DNA from: a virus
Taxonomy: Duplodnaviria > Caudoviricetes
Strand: one strand, 5' to 3'
Virus record (IMG/VR): IMGVR_UViG_3300033076_001470
Location: 4,933 to 68,932 of that record
Length of the DNA: 64,000 bases
This document shows positions 27,492 to 36,700 of the stretch, piece by piece. Each line of letters starts with the position of its first letter. The stretch's first letter is position 1. The notes under the pieces are model-generated. The model ran no database searches and was not told the DNA's origin. It saw nothing but the letters and a program-made list of their open reading frames with translations. Position numbers and translations under genes: made by a program.

Positions 27492-28328
27492 ATGTTCAAA
27501 AAAATTGATTGGGGACAGTGGGCTTTATATCTCTTGGCCGTGGTCGTGGTGGAAGTCGCTTCCATTGTGTTGCTGTGGAAAGCCTACCCCGGCAAAGAAA
27601 TGCAGATCATTGGCTGGGTAATCTTGGTCCTGGTGTTAGGGTTCAGCGGGTATGCCACCTACAAATCAAGTGAGCCTGACGACGTGGTGCGCCAAGTCGG
27701 AATTGTCGGGAAGGTGGCATTGGCACTGCTAGGCGTCGCCGCTCTATACGGGCACATCGCAATGTCTCGCGAGCTTTCAACGGCAAGAGAAGGGTACGCC
27801 GAGTACCAAACAAGGGAAAAATTCCGGCAAGCCCAGAAAGACAAAGACGCTGCGCGCGAGGTTGAATTAAAGCGCGCAGACGCTGATCAGCAGCTTGCGC
27901 GCGCTCGATTTGAGGCAGCGGAGGCTCAAAAGCTCCGATTGCTGCCGCCAAGCCTGCGGCAAGGGCAGCAGCAGTTGAGGCCAAAGACGGTATCGCCGAC
28001 TCCGGCTCCGTCGCCTACTGGCGAAGAGGGTGCTCCTGTTGTTGCTGTCGTTCAACCAAGAGCCGAGTCCGCTGTTCGCGAAGAGTGGCTAAGTTATTTT
28101 CAAACAATCAACCTGCTGCAAATACTGTTTTCAGTGCTGGGCGCTTTGGGAGTCAGCGTGGCGCGCCATTGGGACAGAAAAGGGATTGCTGGCGTTCCTG
28201 ATTGGCTGGAACGTGTATGGCATGCGGGACAGTCTGGTCAGGACTACGTGCGAACGCATTACCCGCAACAAGCGAGCCGTATTGAATCTGCGTTTCGGCA
28301 GAATATGGTGCCGGTGGGAAACCTGTAG
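27492..28328 (+). CDS. Multi-pass membrane protein with coiled coil (short, zero-frame product)
   Basis: GGAGG SD; about 4 TM segments, coiled coil and Pro-rich linker; ends GTG GGA AAC CTG TAG. Confidence 0.75.
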   Translation: MFKKIDWGQWALYLLAVVVVEVASIVLLWKAYPGKEMQIIGWVILVLVLGFSGYATYKSSEPDDVVRQVGIVGKVALALLGVAALYGHIAMSRELSTAREGYAEYQTREKFRQAQKDKDAAREVELKRADADQQLARARFEAAEAQKLRLLPPSLRQGQQQLRPKTVSPTPAPSPTGEEGAPVVAVVQPRAESAVREEWLSYFQTINLLQILFSVLGALGVSVARHWDRKGIAGVPDWLERVWHAGQSGQDYVRTHYPQQASRIESAFRQNMVPVGNL

Positions 28329-28362
28329 CGCCTGCTGCACTAGTTGCTCCGCAGCAGGCGCT
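28316..28362 (+). other. Programmed -1 ribosomal frameshift signal
   Basis: In-register G GGA AAC (28316-22), 4-nt spacer, 12-bp perfect stem AGCGCCTGCTGC/GCAGCAGGCGCT (28327-38/28351-62). Confidence 0.7.
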
Positions 28363-28942
28363 GCCATCATCGCCGCCATCGCCGCTATCAGTGCCGGTTT
28401 CGATGCCGCAAGCGCCGCCAACGACGACGCGCCCCGGACAAAACTTAATTCAGTTTCCTGTGCCAGGTTCGGCAATGCCTGCTGGCGGCACGCAGACGCA
28501 AGGGAGCTTAGCGTTAAGCAATCCGGCAACAACTCCCGTTTTTGCGCTTTTTCCTTCTCAACCCGTGTCGCTGCCAGCGCCGTCGCCAGTGCTGGCTGTT
28601 TTACCCTCTGCACCGCAGGGGGTGGACGCTGAGCGGGAGTGGCTTCGAGGTTTGTTTCCATCTCTACCAACAGGGAAGTGGTGGGAGCCTCGCCGGAACG
28701 AAAAGGGCTGGGTTGTGAATTTGTGCTGGCGTAAAGACGGACAAAAAAACGCCACGCGACACACGTTTCCTCGCATAGGATTGCGAGATTATCAAACTGT
28801 TAAGGAGATGGATCTTCATGACCAACGTGCCTACTTTTACGACCGCTTCGTCGGCGACCTTCTCGCCGACGAAGGAACCGACAAGCGCGGCAGCCACAAA
28901 CATCTTGCCAGTTGGCTCGCTTGCCCGACTGGTAACAGTTAA
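28322..28942 (+). CDS. -1-frame C-terminal extension of the membrane protein (Pro-rich linker plus Trp-rich domain)
   Basis: Frame open from 28286 to 28942 with no good SD; reached by the -1 slip. Confidence 0.6.
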   Translation, partial: PVAPAALVAPQQALPSSPPSPLSVPVSMPQAPPTTTRPGQNLIQFPVPGSAMPAGGTQTQGSLALSNPATTPVFALFPSQPVSLPAPSPVLAVLPSAPQGVDAEREWLRGLFPSLPTGKWWEPRRNEKGWVVNLCWRKDGQKNATRHTFPRIGLRDYQTVKEMDLHDQRAYFYDRFVGDLLADEGTDKRGSHKHLASWLACPTGNS

Positions 28943-29210
28943 ATCTGCGGCTCAGGCAATGACCGTAGCCGACGACAAAGAACAGAAATCGTTGCTTCGA
29001 GAAATTGAAGGGGCGATCAATAGAAAACCAGCTTTCCCGGATTCCAGGCTGAGCGAGATTAACGCGCTTGTGCAGTCGCTGAAGACCGCGTTTTCAATTG
29101 AAAGCGCGCTTGCTCTTCAGCAATTAGCTGAAGACTGGATCAAGGAGTATACGCCTGGTGCGACCGCGCGAGCGCAGGAGGCTGTTGCGGCGTTGTTGGC
29201 GGCAGCATAG
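28818..29210 (+). CDS. Hypothetical helical protein
   Basis: AAGGAG SD; overlaps the last 125 nt of the frameshift extension. Confidence 0.55.
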   Translation: MTNVPTFTTASSATFSPTKEPTSAAATNILPVGSLARLVTVKSAAQAMTVADDKEQKSLLREIEGAINRKPAFPDSRLSEINALVQSLKTAFSIESALALQQLAEDWIKEYTPGATARAQEAVAALLAAA

Positions 29211-29536
29211 TGATGGCGATTTCTCTGCGCAGCTTTGAAGCGTTGGGGCTTTTGCCGCCCAGAAAAGAGTTTTTTTCGTGTTGGCGTTGGCGAAACGCTG
29301 CCCGCGCTAACAGTGACCCCATCTGGGTTTATCAAGACCTTGGCGAGAGGCCTTTACCTGAAGTCGTTGAAACTATCAATCGCAACTCTGTCTTTCTCGT
29401 GCTGATAAAGCAAAAGTCGTTTGAAGGCCGCTGGTTGCCTAAAAGATTAACGGGCTATTACTTGAGGTTTGGAGTTGCGTACATTCGAGCAGATCAACGA
29501 AAGGCTAAGAAATATATCAAGCAGGAGAAAAATTGA
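29210..29536 (+). CDS. Hypothetical protein
   Basis: Start overlaps the upstream stop; 108 aa. Confidence 0.5.
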   Translation: MMAISLRSFEALGLLPPRKEFFSCWRWRNAARANSDPIWVYQDLGERPLPEVVETINRNSVFLVLIKQKSFEGRWLPKRLTGYYLRFGVAYIRADQRKAKKYIKQEKN

Positions 29537-29958
29537 ACAGCACTCAATCTTGCCTCGGCTGCGCCTACACCGAAGGCACGCCAGCTAATCAAGAACCGTG
29601 GAATAACCTGAGAGCGCAGTTTTGCGCGATGGGCGCAATTCCTTTTGTTTGCCATCACGGGAAAGACTGGCTCAACGCGCCGCAAATGACTCTTGCTGAG
29701 GCTTACCAGAACAAGTATCCGATTTGCCAGGGATGGCGAAGGGAAGTGCAGGAACTGGCCGACGCCGGATATTTCAACGGTTCTATTCGTGCCTGCCGCG
29801 CGTATGCCCAAATCGGCTTGGAATTGTTGGGGATTGTTTGCGATCCCAGCGAAAAGGACGACCACGCGGAGGCGCTGCAAGGACTGAAGCGTGTTTTTGA
29901 CGCGCTGATTAAACACAAAGCAGAAATAACAGGGAAGACAAATGGCACAAAACTCTAA
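29533..29958 (+). CDS. Hypothetical Cys-rich protein
   Basis: CLGCAY, FVCHH, CQGW; AGGAG SD. Confidence 0.6.
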   Translation: MNSTQSCLGCAYTEGTPANQEPWNNLRAQFCAMGAIPFVCHHGKDWLNAPQMTLAEAYQNKYPICQGWRREVQELADAGYFNGSIRACRAYAQIGLELLGIVCDPSEKDDHAEALQGLKRVFDALIKHKAEITGKTNGTKL

Positions 29959-31063
29959 AATTGAATGGACGTCACACACGTTTAATCCGTGGCGTGGCTG
30001 CACAAAAGTTTCGGCTGGTTGCAAAAACTGTTACGCCGAAGCGATGAGTAAGCGCAGCCCGAAGATACTTGGCATTTGGGGTGATGGTGGCACTCGCGTT
30101 CCGGCGGCGGAAAGCTATTGGAAGCAGCCGTTGAAATGGAATGTCTGCCGTTTTCAATGTTCTCTGTGCGGTGGCTGGAATCATCCCAACTCGACAATCT
30201 GCGCGAAGAAAGGCTGTGTGGGGACGGAAGCTAACTTTGTTTTTGTAAAGCGTCCGCGCGTGTTTTGCGCTTCGTTGGCGGACGTCTTTGAGGATCGGCC
30301 AGAGTTAATTGATCCGCGTCACCGGCTCATGCAACTGATCGAATCAACCCCAAATCTTGACTGGTTGTTGCTCACGAAGCGTCCTGAAAACGTCGGCGAT
30401 ATGGTTCCCGTGAAATGGTTTGGCGATGGTTTCCCTACGAATTTTTGGCTCGGCACATCCGTCGAAAACCAGGAGCAGGCCGACCGGCGCATTGCCTATC
30501 TTGAAAACATTCCGGCGACAGTAAGGTTTCTTTCGTGCGAGCCTTTGCTTGGCGATCTTAACCTAAAGCTTTCCGTTTCGTTCGTTGGCGGCTCAAGAGA
30601 AATCACGGACAGAGGTAGGGCAATTCATTGGGTAATCGCTGGCGGCGAATCCGGCACAAACGCGCGCCCGATGCACCCTGATTGGGCGCGAAGCCTGCGT
30701 GACCAGTGCCAAGCGGCTGGTGTGCCATTTTTCTTCAAGCAGTGGGGTGAGTGGAAGCCATATTCTGAAATGACAGACGCTGAAAACAGCGCACTCTATT
30801 GTTCTAATGTCATTGCCGACGATCCAGACCACCAAGCCACTTACGATGAAATTTACGGATGTAAATGCAGGGTCGAAATGACTGCCATTGGCTATGGTGG
30901 TCAAGTTGGTCTTGATGTCGCTTTCTGGACTGACCGTTACGGCAATCAAGGCCATGCAGGGATGCAGGTCTTTAGAGTTGGCAAGAAAGCCGCTGGCCGG
31001 TTACTTGATGGAAGGACGTGGGATGAGATGCCAAGAGGAGGGGAAGGCGATGATTTGCAATGA
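29942..31063 (+). CDS. DUF5131 / phage Gp37-Gp68 family protein
   Basis: SKIEWTSHTFNPWRGCTKVSAGCKNCYA, WLLLTKRP, RFLSCEPLL, WVIAGGESG, PFFFKQWG. Confidence 0.9.
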   Translation: MAQNSKIEWTSHTFNPWRGCTKVSAGCKNCYAEAMSKRSPKILGIWGDGGTRVPAAESYWKQPLKWNVCRFQCSLCGGWNHPNSTICAKKGCVGTEANFVFVKRPRVFCASLADVFEDRPELIDPRHRLMQLIESTPNLDWLLLTKRPENVGDMVPVKWFGDGFPTNFWLGTSVENQEQADRRIAYLENIPATVRFLSCEPLLGDLNLKLSVSFVGGSREITDRGRAIHWVIAGGESGTNARPMHPDWARSLRDQCQAAGVPFFFKQWGEWKPYSEMTDAENSALYCSNVIADDPDHQATYDEIYGCKCRVEMTAIGYGGQVGLDVAFWTDRYGNQGHAGMQVFRVGKKAAGRLLDGRTWDEMPRGGEGDDLQ

Positions 31064-31223
31064 TTGCTTTTTGAAGTTTGACGAAGGCGAGCTGGCTGCC
31101 AAAGACCAGTCTCCTGGCGTTGAACCGGAGTACAACTGCTGCCCGGACTGCGGCAGCGAAAACGTTTCCGAGTACGATGAGGCTTACGATGAGGCTGCGG
31201 ACGATAAAAGGGAAAGAATATGA
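31050..31223 (+). CDS. Small Zn-ribbon protein
   Basis: CNDC...CPDCGS; GAGGAGG SD region. Confidence 0.55.
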   Translation: MICNDCFLKFDEGELAAKDQSPGVEPEYNCCPDCGSENVSEYDEAYDEAADDKRERI

Positions 31224-31612
31224 TTACAGCAGACCAAGTATTTGCACATATTGCAGGCGACTACATTCTGCAATCTCACTGGATGGCCACAGAAAAAACC
31301 AAGCGAAGCTTGGTCACTGCGATTCACGCGGGGAGCTACGGTTTACCATTCCTGATTGCGTTTCATCCATCGTGGTTGGCTTTGGCGGTTATTATCGGAA
31401 CCCATTTCATCATAGACCGATGGCGACTGGCGAGGTTTGTAGTGTTTGCGAAGAATTTCATCGCGCCGCGTTCTCAGTGGTCAGCGTGGAGTTATTCAAG
31501 TGGCACGGGATACCCGCAAGACGTTCCGGCGTGGTTATCTGTCTGGCTTTTAATTGTTGTTGATAACGCAATGCACGTTGGAATTAATGCGTTTGCGCTG
31601 AGGTATCTATGA
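31220..31612 (+). CDS. DUF3307-like membrane protein
   Basis: AHIAGDYILQSHWMA...HFIIDRW...DNAMH. Confidence 0.8.
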   Translation: MITADQVFAHIAGDYILQSHWMATEKTKRSLVTAIHAGSYGLPFLIAFHPSWLALAVIIGTHFIIDRWRLARFVVFAKNFIAPRSQWSAWSYSSGTGYPQDVPAWLSVWLLIVVDNAMHVGINAFALRYL

Positions 31613-31925
31613 AGAGACTGAGCTACGACATTCGGCTCACACTTTCGATGCCGTATCAATGGCAATAACCGCAATATACCGGATTAACCAAATCGGTAAA
31701 CGCAGGATATTGTATACGTAATGTGCCTTATCAGACGCGGTAAATATGCCTTAGGAGGGAAATATGCCTTGGTTTATCAGCGCAATTCGTTGCTTATTTC
31801 TAGGTCACAGGTATGGCCGCTGGGAGCGGTTTGGAGGTGGTGCCCCGTTCCGGCTTTGCAGTGTCTGCGGCTGCGCTCAAGACAAAAAGAAGTGACAGCG
31901 CGATCCACTGCGCTGAGGCGGGTAG

Positions 31926-32165
31926 ATGAAAAGCTACGAAGAAGCAGACAATGACATAGATTCGCTTGAGCGCTACCACTATCGCTTCCCGTCAATTTCC
32001 TGTGTTTCATTTCTCGGCCAGCAATGGCAGCTACTTCAAAAAATGGAAGATGGCGAGAGAAAAACAACCCTGACCGATCAATGGCACGACGAGCTTAGAA
32101 AGTTTTGCTGCGAGAGCAGAATGAGCAAAACGGCGCGGCCCGCTGTGTTCAGGAGGTATACCTAA
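31926..32165 (+). CDS. Hypothetical protein
   Basis: 79 aa with GAGG SD. Confidence 0.45.
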   Translation: MKSYEEADNDIDSLERYHYRFPSISCVSFLGQQWQLLQKMEDGERKTTLTDQWHDELRKFCCESRMSKTARPAVFRRYT

Positions 32166-32167
32166 AA

Positions 32168-33142
32168 GTGAGATGTTTGGATCAGTTTTGGTCAGCAATA
32201 TTCCCCGGCGCGCCCGTCGACATTTCTCCTAAATTACGCCAAGAGGTAGTAGCCGTTGATATAGATAACGCGCTTCGCTGGTTTTACGAGAAGAGTTCCC
32301 AAGAATATTGGAATTATGAGAAGGATTTTCCTTGCCCGCTTTCTCCCTGGAATGTTGCGTGGTTTGAGGGTGGGACGCCTCAATTCAGTAATAATGAGGG
32401 GAAAAAGATGCGCTTAAGTAGTCCGTTCCGAAAGGTTGGCTGGGTTGTTCATCAAATGGCTTTACGGACAGGCATTGAAGTTCCCTCAGAACCGATCGCT
32501 GTAACAATGATTAAGATGGCGACAAAAAGCCATGCTTCGGTTGAGCATCACTATCCCAGTGAAAAGCTAAAGGTGATTAACGAGCGAGGTGCCCGTTATA
32601 CGCAGATGGCGCAAATGTTTGCTTTTAACTGGAATGGTAAATGTCACCGTCTTACAACCGAGTATTGCTACCTTGATAGCGACGGAAAAATGATTGATGT
32701 TAGTCGAGGTATTATTCTAGCGTCAGATGAGACATGGAGATTCACGAAAAAGGAAAAGCAGCAAATCAGCGAGGAATGCCAATCATATTTTCTTGCCCTT
32801 TACTTTACCCTTTGCCTGTTGCACACGAAAAACATTTCAATCAGCGACGAGCCTGCCCGGCACTTAAAAGGGAAAGCAGTTAAGCGACTTATAGAGCCAA
32901 GAACACGATTTAAGATTCTTGATATTCGCCCGCTGGTTAATACCACCAGAAAGCCTCACCAGTCACACGCTGCTGGCGACGAGATTCAGCGCGCCTTGCA
33001 CCTATGTCGCGGTCATTTCCGTACCTATACCGACGAGTCGAAGCTTTTTGGCCGACTAACCGGTACGTTCTGGATTCCGCAGCATACTCGCGGAAGCGCC
33101 GAGAATGGCACTGTAGATAAAGACTATCGAATATCCGATTAG
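32168..33142 (+). CDS. Phage hypothetical protein (C-terminal HLCRGHFR motif)
   Basis: AGGAGG SD and GTG start; C-terminal ALHLCRGHFRTY...FWIPQHTRG. Confidence 0.7.
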   Translation: MRCLDQFWSAIFPGAPVDISPKLRQEVVAVDIDNALRWFYEKSSQEYWNYEKDFPCPLSPWNVAWFEGGTPQFSNNEGKKMRLSSPFRKVGWVVHQMALRTGIEVPSEPIAVTMIKMATKSHASVEHHYPSEKLKVINERGARYTQMAQMFAFNWNGKCHRLTTEYCYLDSDGKMIDVSRGIILASDETWRFTKKEKQQISEECQSYFLALYFTLCLLHTKNISISDEPARHLKGKAVKRLIEPRTRFKILDIRPLVNTTRKPHQSHAAGDEIQRALHLCRGHFRTYTDESKLFGRLTGTFWIPQHTRGSAENGTVDKDYRISD

Positions 33143-33181
33143 TTTGCGCTGTCGCTTAGGCAGATAATTTAAGGAGAAAAT

Positions 33182-33607
33182 ATGCCAGAATTTCCAATCA
33201 AATTTTACAACTATGGTCAATGGTCAGATGCGTCCCTTCCTGATTGGCAGGGTAACGAAAATCACCCTCAATGGCTTGAGCGTATCGGATATTACAGTGA
33301 CGCGGTTGACCAATTTGGGTGCGGTAGCGACGATAGCGGAGTAGAGACTTACACAAAGCGAGACGGCTCCGGCGCGACTGACGACTTGCCAAAACACTTA
33401 GTCGTTGTCGGTGTAGGCTCAGCGTATACGTGTATCGGCGTCGCCGACCATTTGAACTTGATTCTACTGTGTCGCGATCTTGCGCCGCTGGCTCAACTGT
33501 TCTTGTTGCAGTCGGTTTTTGATGCGCTTTTTCAGGATGAGGCCGGGTGGTTTCAGTTTCAGCGGTTAGACGCGCTAAAGGATTTTATTAAGACATGGAT
33601 AGGTTAA
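33182..33607 (+). CDS. Hypothetical acidic protein
   Basis: AAGGAG SD; 141 aa. Confidence 0.65.
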   Translation: MPEFPIKFYNYGQWSDASLPDWQGNENHPQWLERIGYYSDAVDQFGCGSDDSGVETYTKRDGSGATDDLPKHLVVVGVGSAYTCIGVADHLNLILLCRDLAPLAQLFLLQSVFDALFQDEAGWFQFQRLDALKDFIKTWIG

Positions 33608-33613
33608 CGATTT

Positions 33614-33710
33614 GCTCTGGTGCCGCGGGAGCCGCATCCCCTACGCCACTCCTGCGACACCAGAGCGTTCCCCGTACCGTGATCGGCGGCACAAGGCTCC
33701 CGACGGGAAC
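33614..33710. other. Two adjacent hairpins between convergent transcription units
   Basis: GCTCTGGTG/CACCAGAGC-closed stem (33614-66) followed by a GTTCCC/GGGAAC-closed stem (33667-710); no U tract. Confidence 0.4.
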
Positions 33711-36700
33711 TTATCGCTGAGCCTGCTGAATAGCCCAGCCTGCTATCTCTGACGCTGAGGCGTCAGCTGCTCGCGCAGCCCTCTCGCGCACGACGGACAC
33801 TTTTCCTGTTTTTTTGCTTGTGCGAGAACTTGCGGCCCGCGCTCGGTACGCTTTTAACTGCTCGTCAACCAATTCGCGCACGGCTTCCCTGCCAGACTCT
33901 TTCATCTTTTGATAGGCGGGCATTTGTCGCAGGGTTTCATAGGTGTCCGCGCGCAGCGCTTCCAGCTCGCGCTCTGTTTCGATCGAGCCTTCGCTTAGCT
34001 TTGCTGCGCGCTTCATCGCGTCAGTGGCCAGTTCTGTGCTGTAGATTCGCGCCTTGGCCGCGTCGGAGCGGCCAGATTGTGCGGTGTCACTGGCAATGCG
34101 GCGCAATGTAGCTTTAACCGTTTCAGCCTGTTCAGCCAGCCGCTTGTTGTATTCAGTCGCGCTTTCCCCGGCGTTTCGCTTAGGCTTCGGCAATCCTGTG
34201 CCCAGTCGGATCATTTCTTCCAGTTGTGGGTTGCGCTGAATTTTTCGCCAAAACGCAAACGGGTTGGTTTCTTCAATTGGCTGTCCCAGTGCGTCCAAAC
34301 GCTCCACCATTTGCGCGCGCGAACCAAAGCCAATATCCACCGGCATTCCCGATTGCAAGTCCCCTTTCAGCCTGCCCAGCGTCGAAGCCTCATCCGGCAT
34401 CCGCTTTGTCGGCGACTGAATTTTCGCAATATCGCGCGCCGCTCCCGGCACAAACCCGCGCAGTTTTCCTGCAACGTATTGCCCGGCGGAAGTTGAATGC
34501 GTGTCGTCGCCTGCAATATCCTTTGCAGCCTGTCCTAACGGATTATTGAACAGTAATCCTTCTTTTGCGGCGGTGACTGTCCGTCCGATCCGTTTGCTGG
34601 TTTCTTCCGGCTCGCCGGTTTTGGGATTTGTGCGAGACTTCTGCGCTTCATAAATGCGCGTGGCAATTCCAGCGGCTTGGCCAATTGGCCCCATGCGGTT
34701 TAGATTGAAAGCGTAATCCCCTGCCCCGACTTCTGGACCATACCCAACACGCATAACCTCGCGCGCGTTTTTCAGGTTCGGACGGTCTTTATCGTCTTCA
34801 CTGCCCCCAGTAAAAGCCAAATACCCAAACGATCCTAGCGCGCCCAGCAATGCCCAGGAAAGCGACCCAACCAGCCCCTGACGAAGCAGCTCCGCTGTGT
34901 CTTCCCCAAACCGCTGTCTGGCGAATTCGCCTTTGTAGCGCCCGGCGTATTCTCCGCCTTTGGCCATTGCCATCCGTCCTGCCACTCGCCCAAACGCGAC
35001 TGGAGAATACCGGAACAGGTACGTATCCACGGCAGCCAGTGGAATCTTGCTGAATGGCACGACAAAGTCCATTGCAGCTTTCCAGGTAGCGTCTACAGCC
35101 TTGCCAACGCCTTTTTCTGAGGCCTTCCCCAGCACGCTGTTTGGCAGATCGCGCAGTTTTTGCAGCGCATCATAGGCCAGCGTCGGATAATCCAGCTTAA
35201 ATCGCATTGTCGCGTCGTCGGCCAGCGTAACCATCAGCGCCGATGGGCGGTAGGCCAGATCGCGCGCCAGGCCTTTTATTTCCTCACCTGTCAAACCGTT
35301 CTCTTTTCCAATCTTTCGCGCCATTGCATTGGCTTGGGCAGAAATCGCCGTCGCGTTGACCATATTGGAAAACAAAATATCTGCCGCGCCGTGGCTGCGC
35401 CCAATAAAGTTCAACACCTGGTCAAGTCCGGGAATTAACTTGGCGCGATGGCCAAGCTCAAACTTATCTGTGCCGCCAGCGTGTCCAGCTTCAGCATCGT
35501 CCGCTTCGATCATTCCCTGCGTGATGCCGTATCGAAACATATCCAACACGTCGCGCGGAGCGTTTCTCAATCCCGTGCCCAGTCCTCGAAGCTCAGCCTC
35601 AACGGCTGGAACCAAGTCGCGGAAATCGGTGACGGCCCGGCTGTAGGGAATTCCAAACTTATTCAAAACACTCGCCGGAACGATAACATCAGCAACGCGC
35701 TGCGCTTCATGCAGCGGCATTTTGAACAACTGTTCCAGCACGTTAAACAAATGGATGTGCGGCGCGCTCAACAAAGAAGATTTGTAGGTCTTGGCGGTGT
35801 AGCCTGCCAAAGTGGTGTATTCCCCTGCCTTGGCCAGCGCGTCGGCAATTTTTAGGCGAGAGCGATCAAACTGTCGCTTGGCAGTCTCGTAATCCTTGCT
35901 CCCGGACTTGGCTGTCTGCATTGCCTCGTGCGCCTGAATCAGGTCGTTGGTTTTGGCCAGCGTGTCCGCAATGAAATCAGCCTGCCGGTTAGCCAGCCTG
36001 TCAGCGACCGGCTTTAATCTAAGCTTCTTTGCCCAGTACAACGCACGCGCGCCGGGCAGCGATCCGGCAACGCCGCGCCCGCCAGCGTTCAGCAATTCAT
36101 CCATTGCCATATCTTGAATCTTGTACGGATCAATGGTCAGTGGCTTATGCTCGCTGAGAATTTCGCGCAGTGGCGAAGTCTTAGGCTTCGGCTCGCTGCG
36201 CAAAGATTGCAGTCCGCCAAAAACAGAGCCGAGAACAGTGCCAGTCGGCTCGCTTGCTAACTCTCCAAAACTGAATCGTCGCTCTTTTCGCTCTGCGACG
36301 CGAGGAACTCCCTCAGCCTGTCTTCGCCCTCCCGATGACGAATCAGCAACGCCTCCTGAACCGCGTCCTGCTTGCGATTCCGCTCCTCGATTACCTCTTC
36401 CAGCGACTTCCGCCGATCCTTTGGCAATGGTGTCGGCAGTTTGAGTTTCATTTCTTGCTCCTTCCAGCACGGGTTGCAGTTTGGGGTCAATCGCGCCAAA
36501 CTTTTCCAGCGACCGCGCGCCGTATTTTTGCACCGTGGCGCGGTAATAAGAGTTCATCACCTGCACGGCTTCGTCAAGCGACAGACCAAAGATGCTAAAA
36601 TCCCCTGAAGCGATGTATGCCACAGCTTCATACCCATGCGTCTTGTCGGCATACCCTCGCCGCGCGAGTTCCGCTTTGATTTTTTGCGCTTTTGGCTGCT

